Of a DNA stretch of 64,000 nt, positions 39,346-53,300 are shown piece by piece. Position numbers and translations under genes: made by a program. The notes below the pieces were generated by a model, which saw only the letters and a list, made by a program, of their open reading frames with translations, was not told the origin of the DNA and did no database searches. Source of the DNA: the human T2T-CHM13v2.0 reference genome, Homo sapiens; NCBI GenBank assembly GCA_009914755.4, contig CP086569.2, positions 16,672,001 through 16,736,000 of the forward strand, read 5' to 3'. The first letter of the stretch is position 1, and each line of letters starts with the position of its first letter.

Positions 39346-40899
39346 CATCTTGATTTTAGGACTTCTGACCTCCAATTATATAAGGGAATAAGTTTATCTC
39401 ACCTTTAGTCACTATGTATGTAATAATTTTTATAGCAGCAAAAGAAAACTAATATACCTTCCCACATCCAGAACATTTGTTAACTCTTCATTTTCTCTCA
39501 TCTAATAGACTATCACCTTTTCTTATTTTTCCTTTCTGTAAGGATGGTAGGCTGAACCTAGCTTGTACTGGCTCATGAAAGTCAGCGGAGGTCATCTCCT
39601 CCCATCTCCATATTCAGTAACAATATTTTGCAGCCTAGAATCAGACATGATAGGAGTATCTTCACCATGGAAATTCAAAAATGCTATAAATTATCACCTC
39701 ATGACACTCCTTCTTGAGACTTCAATTTTATTTAAAATTCACCAGTCATTCCCACTTTCTTGGATAATGGGTTTGGAAAAAGTCATGAAATTTTGTCTTG
39801 GAGTCCTTGACCTAGGTTCAGTGATTTTCATCAAAATGTAGATATATCTGGTTGAATATTGACTTAGTATAAAACCTAAAATGTACCTAATAATAACAGA
39901 CATGTGTAAAGTATTTTAAATCATTGACATAAGCTAGAATTAGAGTAATCTTAGGGAGTGTTTATGGATAGAATATATGTGAAGAAAAGAATACAAAGCA
40001 GACCTTAAGAAATAAGGCAGACTTGGTTGTAGATTAATTGACAGTTTAAATGTGCAGAAAGATACCGAATACAGGGAATATAACTGTTATTAAGCAATTT
40101 GGAAAGAAGAATTAGTAGTAGATGATACCACATCTTTCCATTTCAGTGTAAGCCTTCTATATGCATTAAATATAGGCATGACACATACAAACAATATACT
40201 ACCTTGTTAATATAATTCAAAATAACTGATTTTGCTTGCATGAAAAAGAAATGGCCCTACTTATACAAATCTATGCAATGATACTGACATTCGAGACTCC
40301 AGGAAAACTGGGTCATTAAAGGATACTTTTGAACCAAATCTGATTAGTGGTACATAAATTTTTTTGCCTTGAAGGCTTCCCTTGGGTGTGTTCTTGAATA
40401 CCTCTTCTCTCTTTTTTGTAGTGATTGATATATCCTCTTTGGAACTTGGTATGTCATTACACTTTTCCATCTTTCCAATTTTACACATTGGCAGTGAGGA
40501 TTTCTGCTGTTTGTGTCATCAGCAGCATCTCAATCTTTTTGTATTTCCAAGCAAGGCTATTTTTACTTTCAGTCTTATTTTTAATCACTCTTGCTTTGGT
40601 CAGAAACATAGGCAATAGAGGGCAAGTAAATACTCAGTGACTGCCTGTTTAGAGGAGTTGGGGGTAGAGCTTTGATGTGCAATGTTTGTTGACTCTTGTG
40701 TAAATACTCCAACTGGGACTGATTTCAAGTGATCACCATAATGTCATTGAGTGCAGAGTTAGGAGGAGATGCACCCAGTTGAATGTTTGGGAGCCAGTTC
40801 CCCTAAGATTTAGTGTTGAATGTAAAGCAACTCTGGGCACCATTGACCAAAGTCAAACCACATAGACAAAGCCTGTTCATAAAGCCAACTAAAACCACT

Positions 40900-41790
40900 C
40901 AACAACAACAAATAAAAAAATTACTCCATGAAAAAGTGGGCAAAAGGCATGAGTAGACACTTTTCAAAAGAAGACATACAAATGCCAGTGAGTCTATGAA
41001 AAATCCTCATCATCTCAAATTATCAGGGACCACAGTCATTACTACTGTGGTCCAAGTCAAAACAACAATGAGATATCATTTTTGCCAGTCAGAATGGCTA
41101 TAATTAAAAAATCAGAAAACAGCAGATGTTGATGAGGATGTGGTGAAAAGGAAATGTTTATACACTGTTAGTAGGAATGCAAATTAGTAAAACCTCAGTG
41201 GAAAACTGTGGAGATTTCTCAGTGAACTAAAAACAGAACTACCATTGATTTATCAATGCCACTACTGGAGGCCTATCCAAAGGAAAAGAAATTATTATAT
41301 AAAAAAATCATACCTGAACTTGTGTATTCATATACAGCACTATTCACAATAGCAAAGCTATAAAATTAACACAGTTTCCCATCAATGGTGTACTGGGTAA
41401 AGAAAATGTGGTCTAAATACACTGTGGAATATTACACAGCCATAAAAAAGAATAAAATCAGTCTTTTGCAGCAACATAGATACAATGGAGGCCATTATCT
41501 TAAGTAAACTAACTCAGAAAGGAAAATTAAATACTGTATATTGTCACTCACAATTGGGAGCTAAATAATGTACACATGGACAAAAAGAGTGGAATAATAG
41601 ACTTTGTTGGCTTATGAAGGTATTAGGGGATGAGAAATTACTTAATTGACATAAAGTACTCGATTCAGTTGATGGCTACACTAAAAGCCCAGACTTCATT
41701 ACTGTGCATTGTATCTATGTAAGAGAACTGCACATGTACCCTCTAAATATGTACTTTTAAAAAAGGAATAAAACAGTCTTAAAAAAAGAG
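40900..41790 (+). mobile_element. L1 (older L1PB/L1M-type) 3'-end fragment with short poly(A)
   Basis: catgaaaaagtgggcaaaaggcatgagtagacacttttcaaaagaagacatacaaatgcc...atgagatatcatttttgccagtcagaatggctataattaaaaaatcagaaaacagcagatgttgatgaggatgtggtgaaaaggaaatgtttatacactgttagtaggaatgcaaattagtaaaacc...ttcacaatagcaaagctataaaattaacacagtttcccatcaatggtgtactgggtaaagaaaatgtgg...cacatgtaccctctaaatatgtacttttaaaaaagg. Confidence 0.85.
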
Positions 41791-42424
41791 AAATCTAGGA
41801 AGCTTCCATAATCCATATTGTAACTCCGGGAAAGTTATCATTGTGAGGTCCTCCATTGGGTGTCCCAGTACAAAATCTGTTAAAAGAAAAAATTACATAA
41901 AGTGAAGTTGACAAGAACAGAAGTATGCATGTGGGAAAGTTACTAGCTTTCAAATCTGGAGTACACATCCACCAGCATTGTCTCATGAAATGTATAGCTT
42001 CCTCATGCAAAGAAGTCATTGGTGCTTGCAATCATACAAATGAGAAGAATGAAAGTATTGTCGAAATACCGACAGCCTTATAGCTGTCTACTAAACATAG
42101 AGCTAAGCAGAAGCAAAGAAGAGATAATTCATGAGTTAGAGTAAATTCAACCAAACTTTCTTTGAACAGATCAGGGCATCCATGGAAATCAACAGGATTG
42201 AAAAAGTTGCAGCTCTTCTCTTTTAGGGAAAAATTTGGCCTCAGATAAACATTTATGTTTGTTGTCAAAGGGGGGGGAAATGTTATATTATATTAAAGAA
42301 TAGAATTTTTTTTGTAATACCACACCACAGATAGAATAGTACTGTTCAGTGAAAGTTCATATCTCCCAAAACACAACCATTAAGGCAGAAAAGCCACTAT
42401 CTCAGAGAGATGCTTCTATCTGGG

Positions 42425-42456
42425 AAAAAAAGAAAAAAAAAAAAAAAAAAAAAAAA
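42425..42456. repeat. Poly(A) homopolymer
   Basis: aaaaaaagaaaaaaaaaaaaaaaaaaaaaaaaaac. Confidence 0.85.
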
Positions 42457-43223
42457 CAGAAAAAGATGCAAAAGGCTAAAGACAGTATCCTGAGACAGCA
42501 TGTTTTTATCCCAAGATTTTATTTTTGAAGGATGCGCTAACCTACCTCTTTTTCTCATCTATTTTTCAGAGAGAAACACTGGCATTAGGAGAACAGCCAT
42601 GTAACAGATTCAAAGAAGCACCTGTCCTGTAGGATTTAATTTCTGGAAGATCAAAACCATCATCAACAATATGCTTGGTATTTCCATTGAAGGAATTTCC
42701 TCAGGGAATTAAAAATTAGAAGGAAATGAATAGAAAGTCAGAGGACATTCAATACCAGCAAAAGGACTTGGTCTTGCTCTCTGCTTTTGGGGCAAAGAAA
42801 ACCTAGGGAGATGACATGATCCTAGATGGGTTTATCTGCATGGTGTGCCTACGTGATGAGGGCTGTGGATGGCCTCTCATTTTCTGACATCCGGCACAGA
42901 TCGGAACTGGAAACCACAGTAGGACAAAGCAAATCTCATCTCCTTATGTCAACCAAAGTCAAAGTCCAGATTCACTGCCACTGAAGCTAAAGACCAGAAG
43001 GTACCACCACCTCTCTGCAGAAGCCATTGCAGTTTGCAAGCACTTCAGGGAAAACTGCTCTGTGGTTGGTTTGCAAAATGAACTGAGATGGTATTTTCTC
43101 CATTTCAGTTTAACCAGAAGATTAGAGTCTAAAAAGTATAGTTGTATTTCTTAGATGCCAGAGTTTAAAGGCTGATCTTCACACTAATGAGTTTCAGAGT
43201 TGGCCGTGAAGTAAGTGATCTAA

Positions 43224-43607
<384 letters not shown>

Positions 43608-44894
43608 CTAATTTGCATGCAGATTTTTATTAATGCAACCAAAAAGTCAAGTCTATAACCTCTATTCAATATTAAGGTGATCACATCCAAAGGAGGGAAA
43701 CAGTATTAAAGGGAAACAGGTGGAACTGGAACTAAATTAACAAAGAAGGGGGCTGATGGAAAGTTACTTCACTTACCAGATAAGTCAGGGTCTGTAATAT
43801 ATACAAAAGTTCAACCTGAAGAAAAGCTTTGCTCCAAAGGAACTGTGTCTTAGGTAGTACCCCCATTATTCTCTACTTTGTACTTTTTTCTCTTTTCTTG
43901 GTTAGATAAATGATTTCCCATTTAAAAGCATCCAAAAACCCAATTTTGTCTGTGAGCCATGCAGGATTCCACACTAGGGCATCAGGGGTTGGCTAGTTTC
44001 CAGGCTGTAACCTGCTTTTGATCTTTCAACACATGGTCTTAGTGTTCTAAACTCTTCTACATGAACACCCAAATAAACAAGATTCGAGAGAGCATCATTC
44101 TTGTTGGTTTTAGTTTCTAGACCACATTCATTAAGGACAGTGTGTTTAGTGTTTCTGAGGTGGGTATTTCCTCAGGAGGCTAAAAGTGTGTGATGGAAAC
44201 TCAGTAGAGGGGCAGAGGATATTCATGAAGATGCTGTCTATCAATTTCTATGCCTGTTCCTAGGGTTCTAGCCGTTTGTCGGTCTTGTGCCCCAAATGCC
44301 AAGAATAAATGGTTTAAAACACTGATTCTATCTTTCCTGCAACACAGTTAATGAGTAACAACTGATGACTGGGACTAATTTACAGAAAATACTAACTTGC
44401 AAACAGACACCTCAAATGCTTTAAACTAGGATTACTGAACTCTAGTACCAGTGATAATGGCTGTAGGTGATTCTTGGGAAGAGAAGGCACAGTCTTGTTG
44501 ATCACAGAATGCTTATCAGCCTCTCTAGCTTCTATCCACTAGATTCCAGTAGAATTCACCACATTGCAAGGCTCCAACCACCAAAAATTATCTTTAAACT
44601 CTGCTAAATGTCATCTTGACAGCAAAATTGCTGCCATGGAGAGACATGGATTTATTTAATTTTGAAGCTACTGACAGTAGGCTGGGTTGAAATCAGGGTT
44701 ATGCCGAATGAGAGAAAATATTGTCACAACAAAAGAAAACCAAGCAAAAACAAAAGTTACCAACATAGATATACCTAAGGTCAACTTTTCTGTGAATTTC
44801 TGCAAGGTATGTTGGCACTACATTTTGGGGACTAGTAGCCAAAGGAACTTCTTAAGAAATGCAGCCCTCAAATGAACCCTACCAATAACACATC

Positions 44895-45249
44895 TGATAT
44901 GGTTTGGCTCTGTGCCCCAACCAAATCTCACCTTGAATTGTAATAATCACCAAATGTCAAGGGTGGGGCCAGGTGGAGATAATTGAATTATGGGACTGGT
45001 TCCCCCATACTGTCCTCCTGATAGTGAATGAGTTCTAATGAGATATGATGGTTTTAAAAGCATCCAGCATTTCCCCTGCTGGTACACTCTCTCTTGCCTG
45101 CTGTGATGTAAGACATGCCTTCTGACTTCTGCCATGATTGTGAGGCCTCCCCAGCCACGTGGAACTGAAATTCCATTAAACCTCTTTCTTTTGTAAACTG
45201 CCATGGCTTGAGTATGTCTTCATCAGCAGTGTGAAAATGGACTAATACA
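44895..45249 (+). mobile_element. ERVL-MaLR solo LTR, THE1-type
   Basis: tgatatggtttggctctgtgccccaaccaaatctcaccttgaattgtaataatcacc...attgaattatgggactggttcccccatactgtcctcctgatagtgaatgagttctaatgagatatgatggttttaaaag...cttgcctgctgtgatgtaagacatgccttctgacttctgccatgattgtgaggcctccccagccacgtggaactgaaattccattaaacctctttcttttgtaaactgccatggcttgagtatgtcttcatcagcagtgtgaaaatggactaataca. Confidence 0.9.
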
Positions 45250-45541
45250 ACATTAATGTGAATGGATGTTACAATGACCCCCACCCCATTGAATAGACCT
45301 TCTGTGAGGCTCAGGTATGTTTTCAGGTGAGTTAAAAATTCTGTAAGAAAAATATCATCTCACTGATTCCTTCATTTTGTTTAAAAGGTTAGTGCAAAAT
45401 GTATTTATGTATCAAAGTTAGTTGCCTGGATAAATAAGTATCTATCTGAAGACATTAAAATAAACAAACAACAAAAACCTGGTTAGCATAGTTAACTTGG
45501 TAAGAGCCAGGGAAATCATACCTTTAAAAATATTATATTTT

Positions 45542-45847
45542 GGCCAGGCGCAGTGGCTCATGCCTGTAATCCCAGCACTTTGGGAGGTTAAGGGGGGCCG
45601 ATCACTCAAGGTCAGGAGTTGAGACAGCCTGGGCAACATGACAAAACTCAGTCTCTACGAAAGATACAAAAATTAGCCAGGGGCGGTGGCATGCACCTGT
45701 AATCACAGCAACTGGGGAGGCTGAGGCACAAGCATACCTTGAACCCAGGAGGCAGAAGTTGCAGTGAGCTGAGATTATGCCATTGCACTCTAGCCTGAGC
45801 AATAGAGTCAGATGCTGTCTCAAATAAAAAAAGAAAAAAAAGAAAAG
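45542..45847 (+). mobile_element. Alu (AluS/J-like)
   Basis: ggccaggcgcagtggctcatgcctgtaatcccagcactttgggaggttaagggggg...gcagtgagctgagattatgccattgcactctagcctgagcaatagagtcagatgctgtctcaaataaaaaaagaaaaaaaagaaaag. Confidence 0.88.
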
Positions 45848-45895
45848 TTAATATTTGGAGTGGGGAACAATGAATTCGTTCTGAAAGTAGATTGT

Positions 45896-46176
<281 letters not shown>

Positions 46177-46324
46177 AAAAAGAAAGAAGGAAAGGAAAGA
46201 AAGAAAGAGAGAGAGAGAGAGGGAGGGAGGGAGGGAAAGAAAAAGAAAAGAAAGAAAGAGAGAAAGAAAGAAAGAGAGAGAGAGAAAAGAAAGAAAGAGA
46301 AAGAAAGAAAGAGAAAGAAGGAAA

Positions 46325-46380
<56 letters not shown>

Positions 46381-46431
46381 AGGAAAGAAAGAAGGAAAGA
46401 AAGAAAGAGAAAGGAAGAAAGAAAAAAGAAG
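46177..46431 (+). repeat. Long compound (GAAA)n/(GA)n/(GGGA)n purine microsatellite, about 255 bp (expanded Alu tail)
   Basis: aaaagaaagaaggaaaggaaagaaagaaagagagagagagagagggagggagggagggaaagaaaa...(aaag)n...gaaggaaagaaagaaggaaagaaagaaagagaaaggaagaaagaaaaaagaag. The KERKKE.../SFFLSF... ORFs 46066-46665, 46096-46461, 46109-46552, 46125-46559 and 46175-46438 are its translations. Confidence 0.95.
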
Positions 46432-47159
46432 ATTGCATTCTGTCTGGGATACAGTATGTAGACAGTTTTTTTTTTTTTTTTTTAACTGTGGGGAAAAAAA
46501 TGTGGTTTTTCTTGCTTCACATGATTCTAACATTCTTTGTATCCTGTACTGAAGATTGAGAATTAAGCATTTCACTTTTATGTTTCTCCCATGGGGTAAT
46601 TTTAAATTAAGCTGGTCTCCGGCTATTATATTTATTTTACTCTTTTGAGTTTGCTTTTTTTCCAAAAATAAAGCCTGCAGTTCACTAATGTACTGTCAGA
46701 TGATGTTGAATACACAGGAGACACAGCCATTATCTGTCTCAGTAAACACATTTTTCTCAAACCAAAAGCTAGAGATTATGCCAATAAGCTTTTATGGCAA
46801 CTTGTTAGATCTTTCTTAGGATATGATAATGATTTTTCTCTCTAGCTTGCTTTCAAATTCTATGAAATGATGAGAATTAAAAATAAGAATTTTAGAACTA
46901 ATATTTTGTAAAAATAGGATCATAAAACCAAGACCCAAATCAAATTTTAAAAATGTATATACCCAGAGTGTCTTAGGTCAAGTTTTCTAGAAGAGCCTGG
47001 AGAAGGATTCTTGTGCATTAGTTTTTAGTAATAATAATAATTTTTATTATTAGTGAAGCCTTTGTATGTGCTAGAAATAATGCCAAACACCTTACCTAAA
47101 TTATTTTATTTAATTTTCAAAGGAATCCTATGAAACAGATTTTATCATAACAATAATAT

Positions 47160-47560
47160 TTATTTTTTAGATATATGGGGTACATCTGCTTGTTTTTTAT
47201 ATGAGTATGTTGCATGCTGGTGGGGATTCAGCTTATAGAATACTCATTATGCAAATAGTGAACATTATACTCAATAGGTAATTTTTCAACCCTCATGCCC
47301 CTCACTTTTCCATTTTGGAGTCTCCAGTGTTTGTTATCTCCTTTCTGATGTCCATGTCTGCCCATTGTTTAGCTCCTTCTTATAAGGGAGAACATATAGT
47401 ATTTGAGTTTCTGTTTCTGAGTTACTAGACTTAGGACACTGGCTTCCAACTTCATCCATGTTGCAGTTAAAGACTTGATTTCATTTTTTTTATGGCTGTG
47501 TAATTTTCTATTGTGTATATGCATCACATTTTGTTTATCCAGTAAACCACCAATGGACAT
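47160..47560 (-). mobile_element. L1 (older family) 3'-end fragment, minus orientation
   Basis: The reverse complement of atgtccattggtggtttactggataaacaaaatgtgatgcatatacacaatagaaaattacacagccataaaaaaaatgaaatcaagtctttaactgcaacatggatgaagttggaagccagtgtcctaagtctagtaactcagaaacagaaactcaaatactatatgttctcccttataag... matches the L1 ORF2 C-terminus and 3'UTR. A T-rich (reverse-complement poly-A) tail lies at about 47150-47168. Confidence 0.85.
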
Positions 47561-47794
47561 GATTTTCTGAAGAAGACCTCTCAGGAGAAGGGCAGGACAG
47601 CAGGCTGGGGTTCAGGGGCTGGAGAGCTAGAGTGGATATGGTCCCACCTGGAGATGTATTTCAACTTGCACTTCAAACTTAGTCCTATCTTGAGGCAAGA
47701 TAACTCATCTGTGCTCTCTAGGGGATGCAAAATTGCCACATCAATATGATGTCCACTAAGGATTTTAATGATAAGGAAAAGTGGTTATGACTTT

Positions 47795-48098
<304 letters not shown>

Positions 48099-48845
48099 AA
48101 CATGTGTTAAGTGAATCAGAGACTACACAGGAATCTACCACTAACACAATCTTAACCATGCACCAAAGTCTACTGAACCAAGACTAAAGACAGTTATACC
48201 AAAGTATTATTAATGGTTATCTCTGGAAGTTTCAAGATATCAGAAGATGAAAGGTAGTCATTTTCTTTAATTTTTTAAAATAAATTGGTTTTCACAGTGG
48301 ACATAGTGTAGTGAACAAGAACACATACCTAGTATGTGTGCAAAACCTTATTCAGCAACCCAAGTAAGGTATGACTGAGCAATTTACATCCTTTAAAAGG
48401 GTTTTGATAAATTATTGTCCATGATTCTCCAACTGACCATATGTTTTGTAAATAAAGTTTTATTGGAACACCGTACCTATGGCTGCTTTTGTAAAATAGC
48501 AGAGTGGAATAGTCTCCACTTTAAAAGATTTAAAAGAGAGCATGTGAGTGAAGAAATCACTCAACTTTTACAATGCTATTGTCACTTCCATGACTCATTT
48601 TATTTTCCATCAGAAGCACAACTCTAGTCCTTGCAGGCTCTTATTACAAAGGAAGAAAATGAGACTCAGTAATTAAAGTGAACTGCCTAAGTCCCCATAA
48701 CTATCTCAAAGCATGTGGAACCAGACATGTGTGTGATTCTCAACACACAATCAATTCATTGCTTCCAAGAAATCAGAAATTATCTATTTTCAGGTTTATT
48801 CCAGGTTTCCAGACTGCAACGAGGCAGTAGAAAATGTTGCATATA

Positions 48846-49195
<350 letters not shown>

Positions 49196-49869
49196 TTGCA
49201 TGTAAAGTTTCATTAGGTTTTAGTAGTATAATATCTTTCATACAGGAATTGTTTGCTCAAGTACTTTTGATCATTTGTGGACAATGCGGTTAAGATAAAT
49301 CCTGCCAGGGTACTATGCAAATTTAATGTTTGAATGCATTTCTTTTGAGTATTGGAAGCTCATATAACTTTTTGTGTAGCATATTTGGCAGGGATTCTTT
49401 TACTAGAAGTAAGATCGTAAAGCTTATCAGAATTTATTATTTGCACTCCTCAAGATGAGAAATGTTGTGCTTTTGGATTCTATTACATAATTCTGTGCTA
49501 TGGAGAAAAGGCAATCTGTAACAGACATTTTATTCCACATTTTTTTTTACTATACTTGCTGTAGTCCTATAGATGTAGGCTAGAGAAAAAATAGTAAAGT
49601 AGTGGAATACAATATACTTTCTATGTCTTTTTTTGGGAGGAATCCTTAAGAATTAGATGCAAGTAGTTTTGTAAGTATGTGAAATGCAACCTCTCAGTTC
49701 TATTTCTGTTTTCTTTCCAACAGTTATTATATTTTCAAATACCTGAGCATGAATGATGGAACTCAGGAATGATAAACATGGTGGCTTAGGCTGCATCAAA
49801 AGAAGGACAGAACAGAGTCATCACCCATTCTGAAATGGATGGTGGGTGATATCTAGAAATAGGCTGCCT

Positions 49870-50196
49870 GGGGCCAGGTGCAGTGACTCACACCTGTAAT
49901 TCTAGCATTTGGGGAGGTCAAGGCAGGAAGACTCCTTGAGCCCAACAGGCTAGCTGCCCAGGCTATTCTTAAACTCCAGGGCTCAAGCAATCTTTTTTAA
50001 CAAGACCTCATGTCTACAAAAAATAATAATAATTAAATAAAATAGCCAGACATGGTGGCCTACACCTCTATTCCTTGCTACTCAGGAAGTTGAGGAAAGC
50101 GGATCCCTTGAGCCGTGGAGTCTGAGGCTACAGTGAGCTATCATTACACCATTGCACTCCAGCTTGGGTGACAGAGTGACACCTTGTCTTTAAAAA
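49870..50196 (+). mobile_element. Alu (AluJ-like, diverged)
   Basis: The left arm is ggccaggtgcagtgactcacacctgtaattctagcatttggggaggtcaaggcaggaagactccttgagcccaacagg... The right arm is aatagccagacatggtggcctacacctctattccttgctactcaggaagttgaggaaagcggatcccttgagccgtggagtctgaggctacagtgagctatcattacaccattgcactccagcttgggtgacagagtgacaccttgtctttaaaaaa. Confidence 0.8.
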
Positions 50197-50300
50197 ATGT
50201 TTTAAAATTAAGAAATAGAAATAAGCTATCTGTTTGCAAATTCTTAATGAGTTATTACGTATGTAAAGTGCCCTGCTAAGAAACGTGTAAATAGTATTTT

Positions 50301-53300
50301 CTGGGCAAGATGGCAGAATAGGAACAGCTCTTGTCTGTGTCTTCCAGCAAGACCAATGCAGAAGGTGGGTGATTTCTGTATTTCCAACTGAAGTACCCTG
50401 TTCATCTCATTGGGACTGGTTAGGCAATGGATGTAGCTCATGGAAAGTAAGCAGAAGCAGGCTGAGGCATCACCTCACCCAGAAAGTGCAAGCAGTGTGG
50501 GGCCTCCCTTTCCCAGCCAAGAGAAGCCTTGAGGGACTGTGCTATCTGGCTGAGATACTACACTTTTCCCAAGGTTTTGGAATAGTCAGACCAGGAGATT
50601 CCCTCATGTGCCTATATCAACAGGGACCTGGATTTCAAGCACAAAACTGGCTGGCTGTTTGGGCACACACCAAGCTAGCTAAAGGAGTTTTTTTTTGTTC
50701 ATACCCCAGTGGCACCGGCAACTCCAGTGAGACAGAACCATTCACTTGAAAGGGGGCTGAAGCCAGGGAGCCAAGTGGTCTCACTCAGTGGGTCCTACTC
50801 CCATGGAGCCCAGCAAGCTAAGAACCACTGGCTAGAAATTCTTGCCGCCAGCATTGCAGTCTGAATATGACCTGGGATGATAGAGCTTGATGGGGAGAGG
50901 GGCATCCACAATTACTGAGGCTTGAGTTAGCAGTTTTCCTGTCACAGACAGCTAAGGACTGGGCAGAATTCAACACAGCACAGCGAAGTGTCTGTGGCCA
51001 GACTGCCTTTCTGTATTCCTCCTCACTGGTCAGGACATCCCTGAAAGAAAGGCAGCATCTCCAGTTAGGGGCTTATAGATAAAACTCCCATCTCCCTTGG
51101 ACAGAGTTCCTGGAGGAAAGGGCAACTGTGGGTGCAGCTTCAGCAGACTTAAACATCCCTGCCTGTCTGCTCTGAAGAGAGCAGCATATTATCACAGGGA
51201 GGGTTCTCCCAGCACAGTGCTTAGGCTCTGCTAAGGGACAGACTGCCCTTAGCAGTCTTCAAGTGGGTCCCTGACTTTAATGTCTCTTGACTGGGTGAGA
51301 TGTACCAACAGGGGTTGACAGACACCTCATATAGGAGAGCTCCGACTGGCATCAGGCTGGTGTCCCTCTTGGATGAAGATTCCAGAGGAAGGAGCAGGCA
51401 GCAATTTTTGCTATTCTGTAGCCACTGCTGGTGATACTCTGGCAAACAGGGTCTGGAGTGGACCTCCAGCAAACTGCAGCAGACCAGCCGAAGAGAAACC
51501 TGACTATTAGAAGAAAAACTAACAAACAGAAAACAATAACGTCAACTTCAACAAAAAGTACCCCCAAACAGAAGCCCCAGCCAAAGGTTTTCAGCCTCAA
51601 ACATCAAAGGTAGATAAATCCATTAAAATGAGAATTAACCATAGGAAAAATGCTGAAAATTCCAAGAAAACAGGACGACTATTCTCCTTCAAATGATTGC
51701 AACTCCTCTCCAACAAGGGAACAAAACTGAATAGAGAATGAATTTGACAAACTGACAGAAGTAGGCTTCAGAAGGTGGGTAATAACAAACTCATCTGAGC
51801 TAAAGGAGCATGTTCTAACCCAATGTAAGGGAGCTAAGAACCTTAATAAAAAGTTACAGGAATTGATAACTAGAATGACCATTTTAAAAAAGAACATAAA
51901 TGACCTGATGGAACTGAAAAACACAGCACGAGAACTTCGTGAAGCATACACAAGATTCAATAGCCAAACTGATCAAGCAGAAGATAGGATATAACAGATT
52001 GAAGATCAACTTAATGAAATAAAGCATGAAGACAATATTAGAGAAAAAAGAATGAAAAGGAATGAACAAAGTCTCCAAGAAATATGGGCTTATGTGAAAA
52101 AACCAAACCTACAATTGATGAGGGTTCCTGAAAGTGACAAGGAGAATGGAACCAAATTAGAAAACACTTCAGAATAGTATCCAGGAGAACTTCACCAACC
52201 TAGCAAGATATAACAACATTTAAATTCAGGAAATACAGAGAATATAAGAAAGGTAGTCTTCGAGAAGAGCAACCACAAGACAAATATTTGTCAGATTCTT
52301 CAAGTTTGAAACAGAGGGTAAAATGTAAAAGGGAGCCAGAAAGAAAGATCAGGTTACCTGCAAAGGGAATCACATCAGACTAACAGTAGTTCTTTCTGCA
52401 GAAACCCCACAAGCCAAAAAAAGTGGGGCCAATATTCAGCATGCTTAAAGAAAAGAATTTTCAACCCAGAATGTCATAACCAGACAAACTAAGTTTCATA
52501 AGTAAAGGAGAAATAAAATCCTTTACAGACAAGGAAATGCTGAGGGATTTTCTCACCACCAGGCCTACCAGAAAAGAGCTCCTGAAGGAACCATTAAATA
52601 TGGAAAGGAAAAAGCAGTACTAGCCACTGCAAAAACACACCAAAATGTAAAGATCAATGACAACTGTGAGGAAACTGCATCAACTGATGTGCAAAATAAC
52701 TAGCTAGCATCATGATAATGTGATCAAATTCACACACAACAATATTATCCTTAAATGTAAATGGGCTATGTGCCCCAAATAAATAACACAGACTGGAAAA
52801 TTGAATAGAGTCAAGACCCATCAATGTGCTATATTTAGAAGAACCATCTCATGTGCGAAGACATACATAGGCTCAAAATAAATGAATGGAGGAATATTTA
52901 CCAAGCCTCCCCCAAAAAACAGGGCTTGCACTTCTGGTCTCTGATAAAACAGACATTAAACTAACAAAGATCACAAAAGGAAAAGAAAGGAATTATAAAA
53001 TGATAAAGGAATCAATGCAACAAAAATAGCTAACTATCCTAAATATATATGCACCCCATACAGGACCCTCAGATTCATGTAACAACTTCTTGGTGACCTA
53101 CAAAGAGGCTTAGACTCCCATGCCATAATAGTGGAAGACTTTAATATTCAGGACTTGAACTCAGCTCTAGACCAAGTGAAGCTAATAGATATCTACAGCA
53201 CTCTCCACCCCAAATCAAGAGAATATACATTCTTCTCAGCGTCACATCGCACTTATTCTAAAATCAACCACATAACTGGAAATAAAACACTCCTCAGCAA

